DNA of 64,000 nucleotides from Hypanus sabinus (lineage: Eukaryota), in NCBI RefSeq assembly GCF_030144855.1, contig NC_082714.1:94674001-94738000 (forward strand), in the 5' to 3' direction. The notes beneath the pieces are model-generated. The model did no database searches and was not told the origin of the DNA. It worked only from the letters and a program-made list of their open reading frames with translations. Made by a program: the position numbers and the translations under genes. Each line of letters starts with the position of its first letter. The stretch's first letter is position 1. Below, piece by piece: positions 25,330 through 38,089 of this stretch.

Positions 25330-26290
25330 AGGATGCTGTTCATCGTTAATAGCTCAGTATTTATCACAATTCAGATTGATAAGTTACAGAACTTGGGCCT
25401 CTATACCTCCCTCTGAATTTGGATCCTCGACTTCCTAACCAGAAGATTATAATCTGTGTGGATTAGTGATAATATCTCCTCTACTCTGACGATTAACACC
25501 GGTGCACGTTAGGGGTGTGTTCTCATCTCACTGCACTATTCTCTCCATACCCATGACAGTCTGTCTACGCATAGCTCAAATACCATCCATAAATTCGCTG
25601 CTGATGCAGCCATTGTTGGTAGAATGTCATATGGAAACGAGAGGCGTACAGGAGTGAGATATACCAGCTAGTGGAGTGATGAAGTAACAACCTTGCACTC
25701 GACGTCAGTAAGACTAAAGGGCTGATTGTGGGTTTCAGAAAGGGTAAACAAAGGAACCCATTCCAAACCTCATAAAGGGATCAAAAGTGAAATATTAAGC
25801 AGTTTTAAGTCCTGGGTGTCAAGATCTCTGAGGAACTAATCTGGTCCCAAAATATCGATGCAGTTATAAAGAAGGGGACTGTACTTCATTCGAAATTCAA
25901 AGAGAGTTGGTATGTCAACAAAAACACTCAAACACTTCTATGGATATACTGTAGAGAACATTCTAATAGGCTGCATTGATGTCTGGGGTGCGTGGGGGTG
26001 GGGGGGTGGGAGGAGATGCTACTGCACAGGCCCGAAAGAAGCTGCAGAGGGTTGTAAGCTTAGTTGACTCCATCTTGAGCACGTCCTACAAACTACGACG
26101 GACATAATCAAGGAGCGGTGTCTCAGAAAGGCAGCGTCCATTATTAAGGACCCTCAGCACACAAGCCATACCAATAGGTAAGAAATACAGAAGCCTGAAG
26201 ACACACACTCAGTGATTCACGAACACCGTCTTCCCCTCCGCCATCGATTCCGAAATGGACATTAAACCCATGAACACTACCTATGTTAAA
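25330..26290 (+). mobile_element. Rex1/Babar LINE RT fragment
   Basis: Decayed GCVL..L and KFA.D motifs, plus TLKHFYGYTVENILIGC. Confidence 0.65.
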
Positions 26291-26309
26291 TAAATATTAT
26301 TATAGTGTG

Positions 26310-27922
26310 GATCAGTACTTAAAGCTATGATGCTGTGGCCATTACAGAGTCTTGGATGGCTCGGGGGCAGGACTGCTGGGTTTCAGATGTTTCAGAAAGG
26401 AGAGGAAGGGAGGCAAAAGAGGTGGGGGCGTGACACAGTTGACCAGAGATAGCGTCACGACTACGGAAAAGGAGAAAGTCATGGAGGGATTGTCTACGTA
26501 GTGTCTGTGGGTGGAAGATAGGAACAGAATGGCCTCAACCCTACTGGGTATTTTTCCATAGGCCACTCAATAGTAACAGGGGCATTGAGGAGCAGATAGG
26601 CAGACAGATTCTTGAAATGTTTGGTAATAACCGGGTTGTTGTGGTGGGAGACTTTAATTTCCCAAATGTCGATTGGCATCTCCCAAGAGCGAGGGGTTTA
26701 GAAGGGGTGGAGCTTGTTAGGAGTGTTCAGGAAGGATTTTTGTTTTGAGACAGTATATAGATAAGCCTGTATTTCATCTGGTATTGGGAAATGAACCAAG
26801 TCAAGCGGTAGATCTGTCACTGGGAGGCAGTTTTGGAGATAGTGATCACAATTCTATCTCCTTTACCATAGCATTGGAGAGGGACATGAACAGACAAGTT
26901 TGGAGAGCTTTTAATTGAAGTAAGGGAAAATATGAAGCTATCAGGTAGGAACTTGGAAGCATAAACTGGAAACAGATGTTCTCAGAGAAATGTGGGAAAT
27001 GTTCAGGGGATATTGGCGTGGTGTTCTGCATAGGTACGTTCCAGAATAACAGGAAGAATGGTAAGGTACAGGAAACGTGGTGCACGAAGACAGTTTTAAA
27101 CCTAGTCAAGAAATTACCAAAGATTCAAAAAACCAGGTAATGCTATAGATCTAGAAGTTTATAAAGCTATCAGGACGGGCTTGAGTATAAAATTAGGACA
27201 GAAAAAAGGGGTCATGAGAAGGCCTAGGTGGGCAGAATTAAGGAAAACTACAAGGCATTCTACAAGTATGCAAAGAGCACGAGGGTAAGACTTGAGAGAA
27301 TAGGACCAATCAGGTGTGACATTAGAAAAGTATGTATGGAACCGGCGGAGACAGTAGAGGTACTTAATGTATACTTTGCTTCAGTTTTCACTACGGAAAA
27401 GGATCTTGGCAATTATAGGGATGACTCACAGCGGACTGAAAAGCTTGAGCATATCAATATTAAAGAAGATATTGTGCTGGAGCTCTTTGAAAGCATCAAG
27501 TTGGATAAGTCACCGGGAGGGGACGAGATGTACCCTAGTCTACTATCGGAGGCAAAGGAGGAGACTGCTAATTCTCTGGCAATGATCTTTGCATCATCAA
27601 TGGGGACGAAAGACGCTCCAGAGGATTGGACAATGGTGGATGTTGTTCCCTTATTCAAGAAGGGGAGTAGAGATAGCCCAGAAAATTATAGGTCAGTGAG
27701 TCCTAAATTATTGGTTGGTAAATTGATGGAGAAGAAACTGAGAGGCAGGATTTATAAACATTTGGGGAGGCATGACATGATTAGAAATAGTCAGCATAGA
27801 TTTGTCAAAGACAGAACGTGCGATAGGAGCCTGATTGGTTTTTTTTTTTAAATGTGACTAAACACATTGATGAAGGGAGAGCAAAAGATGCGGTGTTTAT
27901 GGATTTCAGCGAGGCATTTGAT
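26310..27922 (+). mobile_element. CR1 LINE (endonuclease and RT N-terminus), truncated by a Gypsy insertion
   Basis: ORF 27228-27851 reads RIKENYKAFYKYAKS...KSPGGDEMYP...PEDWTMVDVVPLFKKGSRDSPENYRSVS. Endonuclease motifs (VVVGDFNFPNVDW) near 26640. Confidence 0.88.
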
Positions 27923-30500
27923 TGTTTCAATGAGCGACTGAAGCGAACCCAAGTGCAGGACACAAGCATGGAGATTAATTTAGGATTCTTACGCGGACTC
28001 GAACGTTGAACAGGAAACAGGAGGGATCTTGACACGGAGCCTTGAGATGCCACTTCTTAGCTGAACCTAGAAAATGCAGAAAAACTTAGAACAAATGGTT
28101 CGAAACGGCCGGGAATCGTAGTTATCATACAGGAAAGGAACAACTATGGTTGTGACGCAGTGTTCTTATACTGAGTCTTTGATGGAAAGGCCTGACAGAT
28201 ACTGGCTTCAATTGGGAAACTTGGAATGTAGGATAGATGTGCATAGATTTGGGTAGTTTGAGTCGGACCGCCGAGGGGCTGATAATACTCTACAATCTCG
28301 AATGGTCGCAGGAAAAGGGGGCGAGTTTCTTGGACTCTGTATTGAGGGGGATGTATTTAAAAGAGAGCCAAACCTTCTGCCCAGGCCGATAATCAGGTGC
28401 AGGAATCGGATGGCGATCGGCAGTCCTCCGGTTGCAGTCGGCTGAACGGAGCAGGGCTGCGAGTGTGTCTTTGCAGATCTTGTGGCAGCAGCGGAGATGG
28501 TCCTGGACAGAAGGCAAAACAATATCATTTTCAATAGTGGAACAGAGGGGGTTGGTAGCGAGGAAGCATTCAAAGGGAGACTTTCCAGTGGCGGTACTGA
28601 CCAATGGGGTTGTGGGCGTACTCTACCCCAACGAGATGGGTGCTCTAGGCAGAGGGGTTATTGGCGATTGCGCAGCGCAGAGCTGCTTCCAGATCCTGTT
28701 TAGCTCGCTCTGTTTGCCCGTTGGTCTGCGCATAAAAGCCAGACGCAATATTTCCTGAGGCTCCAAGGCCCAAACTTGAGAGAGGAATTGGGGGCACCGG
28801 TCAGAAATAATGTTCGACGGAATCCCTTGAAGACGGAAGACGTGATGGACGAGAAGATCGGCCGTTTCACTAGCTGTAGGGAGTTTGGGAAGGGCTACGA
28901 AATGCACAGCTTTGGAGAAACGGCCCACCACGGTGAGTATGATAGTGGTCCCATGTGAAGGGGGTAGTCCCGTAGCGAAGTCCAGCGCAATGTGAGAAGA
29001 AGGGCGACTAGGAATAGGTAGGGTCCGAAGCAAACCAGCAGTTGGTCGGTGTGAAGCTGTTCCACGGGCACAAACAGAACAGGCAGAGACAAAGGAATAG
29101 GTGTCAGCGTCCATGGAGGGCCACCAGAAATGTTTCTTGAGGAAGGACACTGTCCGAACGATCCCAGGAGACGTGTGCCCCCACTGGAGAAGCAGAGATC
29201 GAGCGGAGTCGGGCACAAAGAAGCGATTGGTGGGCCCGTTACATGGGTGAGTCCGTTGAGCCTCTTTGACTATGTCCTCGATCTCCCAGCTGATGGTAGC
29301 CACTATATACTGAATATGATGCCAGAAGAATGGTCTCAGGATTGGGAAGGCTCTCCTCGGAAATGTATTGACAGGAGAGGGCATCGGGCTTCCCGTTCCT
29401 GGACCCCGGACGATAGCAGAGTGTAAATATGGACCGACCGAATAATAATGCCGAACGTACCTGAAGGGAATTCAGGCGTTTGGCGGTTTGGATATATGCA
29501 AGGTTCTTGTGATCGGTACAGACGACAAACAGACGTTTCGTTCCCTCCAGCCAGTGCTTCCACTCCTTCAAAGCAATTCTGACCGCCAGTAACACCTGGT
29601 TCCCTACGTCGTAATACCGTTCGGAGAGAAAAGAAGGCACTGGAATTGAGTTTCTGGTCAGGACTTGAACATTGGGAGAGGACCGCTCCACCCCAGAGTC
29701 GAGCGTCGACCTCCACAATGAATTGACAAGAGGGGTCTGGTTGGATCAGGGTGGGAGCGGATTTGAAACGCCTCTTCAGCTCCGAGAAGGCAGCGTCCGC
29801 TTCGGGTTCCCAGTGAAAAGGGGTCTTGGGAGTCGTGTCGAGTAAGGGGCGCTCCCACCCGATTGTAATCTCTGATGAAACTACGATTAAAGTTTACGAA
29901 CCGCAGAAATCGCTTGAGTTCCTTAAGTGTCGTGAGTGTTGGCCACTCCGCTACTGCCCGGATCTTTTAGGGATCTGCTCTCACTTGCCCGCTCTCGATT
30001 ATCTATCCTAAGAAACTGAAGTAACGTGAAATTCGCACTTCTCGGCTTTAACGAATGGTTTGTTCTTCCAGAGCCTCTGCTGAACATTACGAACATGGTG
30101 AAAGTGTTCTTGAAGACTGTTGAGAAGATTAAAATGTCATCCAAATAAACAAACAGGAAGCGATTAATAGAATCTCTAAGGACATCGTTTATCATGGCTT
30201 GGAAAACGCCCGGGGCATTGGTGAGGCCGAATGACATGACCAGGTACTGGAACTGACCAAGAGGGTTTTTTTTTTTTGCCTGGCTCACCAGGATCCCCCT
30301 TTCTGCTGGTGTGCATTCCTTCTTTGGCCGAAGGGGACAGGTAGCTCGGAAGTGGCCGGACTAGTTGCAATATAGACACTAACCCGCTCACTATCTCCGG
30401 AGTCAACAACAGGAGAGAGGCGGCTCGGTCCCACCTCCATGAGTTCCTGTCCTGGAGTAGGAGGAGGACAGGGACTTGTTCATGCGGGAGGTGGAAACGA
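27923..30500 (-). mobile_element. Decayed Ty3/Gypsy LTR retrotransposon with canonical RT-RH-IN order
   Basis: RT: [18 protein letters not shown]...[10 protein letters not shown]. RNase H: [24 protein letters not shown]...TDHKNL. Integrase: [11 protein letters not shown]...IISDRCPQF. An LTR-like start TGT lies at 27923. Confidence 0.85.
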
Positions 30501-31839
30501 GTGTGGAGTTACACATGAATGTAGAAGTAAAATGTGGAATTTCTTAAAGTGGTTACATTCATGGACACGTTAATAGTCAACAAATCAGCAATGGGCTGAG
30601 ACTCGTTACAACACCTTCAGGAGGTGTTGGCCATGAAATTTCCAATGTTGAAACACCCGTCGATCCCGGTCTACAATTTGATTAGTGAATAAACATCAGC
30701 AGACGTCTGGGAGAGAATCTTTGAGACAGAGTTCTCTGTTCACACCGCGTCTTCTCTGTTCCTTCATCCAGTATCGGGACTTTCAAGGTATTTGTCTCTG
30801 GTTTTCCTTAACTGCAAAGAGTTTGGCGCAACTCTTCAACTTCTGATCAGGGCCAACCATTTGTTTTATGGAATATAGACTCTACGGCGAGTGTGAAATT
30901 TCATGTATAGATCAGACCTGCGAACAGTACACAGACTTGGTCTCACCAACGGCCAGTATAGATGCAGCAAACGATTAACACTTTTCAAATCGCACGTCAC
31001 AAAAAAAGCCCAATTTTTCCACCTCAGCGTTGGCTTCACTTTTCTATGTCTGATGAACCATGCTCCAAACAACAGCTAGCAGTTCACTATGAAACTTTGA
31101 GGCTCAGGTAACAAATTGCAATATAGTAGGCCGTCTTCTGAGACAGTCGTGCTTTTCAAAAATATTAATGACCGAGAAGGTAATCCGAGTGTATATTTTA
31201 TGCAGTTATTAATTAACAAGTCCACCGCGTTGGTAACTGTTGAGGAGACGACCTACCGGGGCTGGCACAGCGACCGAGTCTCTGACACTGATTCTGCGGC
31301 TGTGGCTCAGAAAGGAAAGGACAGAGGAGGAATGTAAAGGTGATACGGTATCCCATAGTTGTGTGTATAAGAGAGTCTGTGGATGCGATAGAGAGACACT
31401 GATGGTATGTTGTCTCCAAGGTCGCAGGGTCAGGGATATCTCGCATCGTGCCCACGACATCCTAAATTTGAAAGATGAGTAGCCATGCATCTTGGTACAT
31501 ATTGATAACCCTGATACAGGCAGGAAAAAAAGAGGAGCTCCAAAAGAAACAACTTGGAGAGGACCTCCGGTCTAACATTCTCTGGATTCTGACAGTACCA
31601 GGCGCAGGTGAGTACAAGAATAGGGCGATTTGAGAGATGTACATGTGTCTGCGGAACAGGTGTAAAAGAACGGATTTCAGATTTCTACATCTTTGGGAAC
31701 TTCTAGGGGGAAAGAATGACCTGCGATAGTAAAGGATACACTTGACGAGAGTGGTGAGGCAATATCCTTGCGGCAGGTTTTCTCAACTTGTTTGGAACGT
31801 CTTGAAATAATTTTGGCGGGGGATGAAAAGGGTGGTGAT

Positions 31840-32945
31840 AGGGCTAGGGATGTTGGTTTACAAGCATAGGCAGTGTATAGTGAGAGTGCCAAGGAGGAGC
31901 AGATGATGGGGCAAAACTGCAGTAAGTGGCATGTTGCAGTGTAAAAGGGGCCAAATTTGTAAAAGGTGAAAAAAAATCATGTAGATGATCTTGTAGCACC
32001 GTTAGAGATTGGTAGGTATGAGTTTGTACGTATGATGGAGGCATGGCTGAAAGAGGATTGTAATTAGAAGCTGAATATCCAAGAACACACAGTCTATCAA
32101 AAGGTCAGGCATGAAGGCAGAGGAGGAGAGGAGGCTCTAAAAATGAAATCAAGTGTTATCAAGAGGTGACTGAGAATCGGAAGGTATAGAATCCTTGTGG
32201 GTAGAGTTCCATGACTGCAAGGATATAAAGACTCTGTTGGGAGTTATTTACAAGCCTCGGAACAGTAGACAGCATGTGGTTACAAATTACAGCGGGGTAT
32301 CCGAAAAGCATGTCAATAGTGAAATGATACATTAGTCATGGGAGATTTCGATATGCAGATAGATTGAGAAAATTATGTTGATGCTGAATCCGATAATAGA
32401 CAAGTTGTGGAATGCCCGTGAAATATCCTTTTAGAGCAGCTAGTGGTTGAGCTCCGCAGGGATCTGCAATTCCAGACTCGGTGTTATGTAATGGAACTTA
32501 TATGATATTGGAATTTAAGGAAAAACGCAGTGATTATAATATGATAGAATTAGCATTGAATTTGATAGAAAGAGAAGGTAAAGTCAGAGGTATCGGCACT
32601 ACAGTGGAGTAAAATAAATTACAGAGTCATGATAGAAAAGCTGGCCGATGTTGACTGGAGGGGGGCACTAGCAAGGATGACGGTAGGGCAGTTTTCACTG
32701 GATTTTCTGCGACAAAATCGGAATGCACAGGAACGATACTTCTTTAAGAAGAAGTATTCAAAAGACAGATTGATGCAACCTTAGTTGAAAAGAGACGTCA
32801 AAACCAACTAAAAAGCCAAACAGAAGACATATCATAGAGCATAAAATAATAGGAAGTTAGATGATTGGGAATTTTTATAAACCAACAGAAGGCAATTGAA
32901 GAAAAAACACGAGGGAAAATGTGAAATATGAAGGTTAGCTAGCTG
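31840..32945 (+). mobile_element. CR1 LINE endonuclease-region fragment
   Basis: Decayed EN motifs (VMGDFDMQID, DYNMIEL) of the same type as those at 8700-9300. Confidence 0.6.
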
Positions 32946-33419
32946 ATAATAATAATTGCATACTCCCTCCAATTCAGGTTAACTTATGGAACTGAACGCA
33001 GATCTCCCTACCCCTGCTGACCGCATAGTCTGTACTGGTCACGTGATTTAACTTTAAATAAATCGTTGGACTATTTATTTTATTTGTTTTGCGATGGAGA
33101 GAAGAGTAGGCCTTTCTGGCCCCTCCAACTGAGCCGCCCTACTATCCTCCAATTTAATCCTAGCCTAATCGGGAGACGATTTGCAAATAACCAATTAACT
33201 CACCAATCTTCTCTTCTTTCCCCTCATTTTGAAACTCCTTCCCTAGTCTTTACATGCAAGTATCTTACTTAAGCCTCACGAGCACGACCAGACCTATCCG
33301 CAGGGCTAATGAAGCACCTCTGTCCGAAATATATTCTTCTCCAAAAATGCTGTCTGGTCTGCTGAGTTACTCCGACATTTTGTGTGCCCCCATGGACATC
33401 GAGCATCCGAAGAATCTAT

Positions 33420-34130
33420 TGTGCTTAGGTATTTCAAAATTCGATAGGTTTCAATGAGATTCTTCTTCATTCTTCCGACCTCTAGCAATTGCAGACCCAG
33501 AGCCATCAAACCGTCCTCATACGTTTACCCTTAAACTCATGGAATTATTCTCGTGGATCTCCAATTGACAGTCTCCAACGCCAGCTCATCATTTCGAAGA
33601 AAAAGGTTCAGCCTCAGATATGTCACATTATATTCTAATCTACTCGAAATGCATATTCACACTGCATTTACTTTTCTTACCAGCTTTTCAATCTGCACGT
33701 TAATATTTAGCGAATCGTAGACGAGGATTCCCAAGGCCCTTTGCACCATTGATTTCTGAATTTGCTCCCCTTTTAAAAATAGTCTATTCCTTTATTCTTT
33801 CTACAAATGTTCATGAACATGCACTTACCGACACTATATTCCACCTTCCACTTTGCTGCCAATTCGCTGCAGACTCCCTTTTTCATCGACATTACCTGCT
33901 CTTCAACCTATATCTCTACCGTTCGCACACTGTCACAAAGTTTTCTATCCCGTCATCGAAAATCATGGACCTAATCAGTATAACCTTGAAAATAAACGGT
34001 CCCAATATTGCTCATGTGGAAAAGCATTCGTCATCGGCAGCTAATTACAAAAGGGCCATTTATTCCGACTTTTTGCCCCTGTCAGTCAGCCAATCTTCTA
34101 TCATTGGCTACTGCCTTCTGGAAATCCGAA
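33420..34130 (-). mobile_element. CR1 LINE RT 3' fragment
   Basis: GLQLLEVGRMKKNLIETYRILK on -. The + ORF 33749-34153 is its antisense. Confidence 0.7.
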
Positions 34131-34516
34131 TAAACAGTATTTCTAACAATTGAATCCCCTATCGCTGCTGCATTCCTGTTTTACTTCTTCCCTTCCGAGG
34201 AACAGAGACACTGTACTACAAAGCTCGTCGCTGCGAATTTCGTCCGGCAGGACGTTCCTAACAGTATCCAAAACAGTATAGTCGTTAACAAGGAAAACTT
34301 CCACAGGGCTGTTCTGTACTGCCTGCTTATTCCTGTACCCTCTCCTGACAGTCACCCAACTACTTACGTTCCTGTAGCTGCTGCTTATCACCTCTTTATT
34401 TTCCTGTATGATGGTCATCCAGCTGCACCTCCATATCCCTGAGTTCCCTAAGAAGGAACTACTGACCCGGGACACATTCTCATTGCACTATGAACTAATG
34501 GACAAAGAGAAGTAGG

Positions 34517-34518
34517 GA

Positions 34519-34563
<45 letters not shown>

Positions 34564-34590
34564 AGAGAGAGAGGAGGGAAGAGAGAGGGA
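34517..34590. repeat. (GA)n microsatellite
   Basis: Pure GA run at 34525-34560 with degenerate flanks. Confidence 0.95.
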
Positions 34591-35398
34591 GAAGGGAGGT
34601 TGGAAGTAACATGAAAATAATGACAAATAGGGAGCAAGAAGGAAGTGAAGACAGAAACTTGATTTTGCCTTCGCCTCTTCTCGCACAAACCTCCCAAGTC
34701 TAATTTGAAACTAACCACTTACATACTCCAGCAAACCGATAGATCATGATATCTGAAGCCCCGCCGAAAAGTGGTCTCAACATTCTGCGGTCGCTGATCT
34801 CATTTAACCAATTTTACGAGCTTTCCCCTCATGAACAAGGACGAGGCCTACTTCTAACGTAACGCCACCATCGAAATGCTGGACTGAATGTTCATTAACT
34901 GTTTTCTGGTCAGTAAAGTCAATCAGCTAAAAAGAAAGCCCTGTAAAACATGGAAGGAACGGTGGGTAAATACATGACTGTGAAAAGATAGATAGCGGCT
35001 GCACGAGCCTTTGCTGTGTTGGTCGTAACTATAAATCAGAATACACATCCTGCCCACATTATTCGTTTCCTATGCCCGTAACATATTATAGACGATACAT
35101 TAAAGACATGCCACTGAAGACGTGCCACTCCTTTTTTCATTTTTATTCAGACCTGTGACACATAAGATGCAATCAAAGCACACTGAGTATCTGCATAGTC
35201 ATTCCATATTCAATATGCGGTAGCACTTATGCACAGGACTACTCGGACAATTCTAAAGCGAATTACGCATGAAAACGGCAGACGATCATCGCAAAGTGTT
35301 GTTACATTTTTATACTTTTCGTTCATTCTAATATATGACAATCTCACACAATTACATAGCACAAAACGGTTGTATTGCCCGGTGCAAGTTTCACTACA

Positions 35399-35758
35399 TT
35401 AGACAGGAGCAAATAATTCGCGCGAGCTGCCAACCAGGGAGACGGACAGACGCACAGACGGCGCACAGACGGACGACGAGATGGTGTTGAGCAGAGGCGA
35501 GCTCAGCGAGCTGTATCTCACGCTGCACGAATATTTGGAACCCTTGCTCCAGGCAGCGGTCGGTATCCGGAGGTAGGACTGGTCCCTCTTTGGAGACACT
35601 GCGCCTGACATCCGTCTCGACTCCTGCCTCAGTCCAGCGAAGCACTATCAAACCCGGCTTAAAGCTACTCACCAAGCCAGACAGAGTGGCCGTACCCGAG
35701 CCGGTTTCCTCCTGCGAGGGAGGAAGCAGGAGAATCGAGGGGTCCCGAGGCTCGCTAC
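35399..35758 (-). pseudogene. Ig light-chain constant exon pseudogene, most similar to cartilaginous-fish sigma-cart (type I/NS5)
   Basis: Acceptor ttcttctctcacatgcag. Reads GSEPRDPSILLLPPSQEETGSGTATLSGLVSSFKPGLIVLRWTEAGVETD, then after a frameshift GAVSPKRDQSYLRIPTAAWSKGSKYSCSVRYSSLSSPLLNTISSSVCA. The first Cys is replaced by Gly. The isotype call rests on recalled shark type I CL motifs. AATAAA on the - strand at 35142-35147. Confidence 0.85.
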
Positions 35759-37173
35759 CTGCATGTGAGAGAAGAAAATGATCGTTTGCTTGTGGAATCT
35801 GTCAACAGCGACACTGCCCCGAACTCCTGAAAAAAGATAGCCCGCCACAGACATTACCATGAACCACCAATGTTACAGACATCAGCGAACCGTGGGTCAC
35901 AGAATGTCGCTGACCAATTAAGAGTTTCTTAGATTAATCCTACCTCCCGTATCTCTGTCGATAGCCTCTTCAGGTTACACGACAAATTATTTTTTACAGG
36001 TTTTCTTTTTATTTTACACATGTTCTTTCAGACACGTAATTCCACACCTCAGCCGAGTTTTGAATTCTAACTGCTAAAACTCTGTCTACGTATACCTCTT
36101 CTTGGAGCCATTGTGCTATTTTCTCTTCACTGAGGGAAGGCCTTTGTGGGGACACCAATATATCCCCAGATGTAAAATGCCATCACTGCGTTCGTGTTGC
36201 AGTTAGTATGTCGCTATTATAGCTCGGGGCGTCAGAGTTGGGAGTTCAATTCTGGCATTCTCTGGAAGCATGACTGCATATTTCTTCTCCTGTGCTGGTG
36301 TATTTCCTCCGTTTTCATCCCACAGTCCAACAACTTATCGTTTAGTAGATCAATAAAAGTATACATAACTGTTCCGTGATTAGTCTCGGGTCAAATCGGT
36401 GGGTTGTTAAGTGACATGGCTCGAAAGGCTGGAAGGGTCCGTTTCGTGTTGAATCTCAAAATAAATGGATATAGATACATAAATAAAATAAATATAGTAA
36501 TGAAGTCTGTAATATTGCATATTACGGCTGTGATGGACGGTGTAGCGCTTTGCGACGCTCTGTGATAGGAAAGACTACGCAGATTTGCAAATCTCCCGAA
36601 ACAACAACTTAACACAGAATGTTGGAGAATGAATTAGAGTGGCCTGACAGGCTTAGTGAGATTTTCACTGAATGTCACTGTCAACGTCTACTCATATTTT
36701 TACTAGTATATGGCACCAATGTTGCATTTCTTTGTGTCAAACTGTACCTGTGTTAAATTATCCTCTAGAGCTGTAGATAGCGCTTACAGGAGGGGGCGGG
36801 TGGGTAAAAATCTGTTTTTTTATCACAGTTGGGATTCAATGTGGGAGATGAGGGAGTGGATATGTGGGAAATAAGACGTTTATCTCTTGTTAAATGTTGA
36901 GAACTGTCGGCTTGCCAGCACCGGAGTTGCCTCAAGAGTTGAACATCAAAGACTGATCTAAAGTATGTTGAAGTAGTTCATAGAATCGAATGACAGTGTA
37001 TCAAAGAGACAAATGGCCTCCTCTGTGCCGAACTGAGCGCGAAGATTAGAACGAAGGAGCGGGCCATACTCCAGATAGTGCTGACCCACCCAACCGCACA
37101 TTTCGTCTGGAGATTTCTCCAACAGCGGAGATTGTTAGTGGAGTAAGACGAAATTGAACAAAGCAGTACGTAC

Positions 37174-37538
37174 TCCAAAGTATATAGGATCGTCCCCTTG
37201 CCGAAAATGTATCCACTATCTCAGACCCCACAGTCATACACGGCGGAGTTCCGGGGCTTTCACAATTGACGGATGCGATGGAGTACTGTGTCGCTCCTGA
37301 ATAAATGCTTCGGTATTTAGGATAGACGTTATTCATTTTTATTTGGGATTCCAAACGGCTCTGGCGCATTTTTGGACAACAGAAGGATTCTAGAGAGTTG
37401 TGAATGCGTACAATGGGAGTTGTAGTCGCGGCTCTGACATGTCCTGATTTGTGGGTTATGCGGTTGCCAGGGCCGAATGACGTCTTCCTGTCCTCCCTTA
37501 TCTTCCTCAGATCGAAGCAAGGTCGAGGACGGCCGTTG
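37174..37538 (-). pseudogene. Germline-joined IgL V-J exon pseudogene
   Basis: The 3' part reads IPKHLFRSDTVLHRIRQL*KPRNSAVYDCGV*DSGYIFGKGTIL (FGKGT at 37191-37205, Cys codon 37230-37232) with no RSS between V and J. Donor GTACGT at 37173. A candidate acceptor (ccttcaaaccaacag, 37539) gives a 365-nt exon, the expected VJ size. The 5' two-thirds are too decayed to align by eye. Confidence 0.7.
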
Positions 37539-37623
37539 CTGTTGGTTTGAAGGAGACGGAGTTTGGGATCATTGAGACAACTAGTTGATGAATTGGAGCA
37601 TTTTCCTCTTGTCTCAAACCCAC

Positions 37624-37670
37624 TCCGACCATCACACTCTGCTCAGCCCAATAAGGCCCACACTGTCCAT
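37624..37670 (-). pseudogene. Candidate decayed leader exon of the IgL pseudogene
   Basis: Kozak GCCATGG, reading MDSVGLIGLSRV*. It is 47 nt to a GTGGGT donor, followed by an 85-bp intron. Geometry fits an Ig leader, but sequence support is weak. Confidence 0.35.
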
Positions 37671-37690
37671 GGCTCACAGTGTCAAGCATC

Positions 37691-37759
37691 CAGGTGCTAG
37701 CTTTTGTCTGTGAGCGGGACTGATGCAGCTGCAAACCCTGTCATCTGCCCGTGCAGCTG
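37691..37759. promoter_or_regulatory. E-box cluster at the expected IgL promoter position
   Basis: CAGGTG 37691, CAGCTG 37726, CATCTG 37742 and CAGCTG 37754: four E-boxes in 69 bp, directly upstream (on -) of the candidate leader. Confidence 0.35.
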
Positions 37760-37874
37760 GAGTTGTCGCTAATTCCTGAGAGGGGGTTGGGAGAGTCGGA
37801 CGAAACTTTTAAAACTAGTGAAGTTTTTTCCGTGAAGACAATTTCCGTGATGTCTTATTAAATATTTTTCAGGA

Positions 37875-37890
37875 GTGTGTGTGTGTGTGT

Positions 37891-37933
<43 letters not shown>
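37875..37933. repeat. Compound (GT)n(GA)n microsatellite
   Basis: Direct reading of the sequence. Confidence 0.95.
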
Positions 37934-37938
<5 letters not shown>

Positions 37939-38089
37939 AGAATGCATCAGCCCTTGACTATCCATCGGAGAGATGAACAGAGAATTCCTGAGACGGACAG
38001 TCCTGTGGGGTGAGGTGTAATTTCACATCGCATTTCCTTCCACGTAGAATCAGAGGGTCATAGAACACTACAGAACAGAAACGGGCCAT

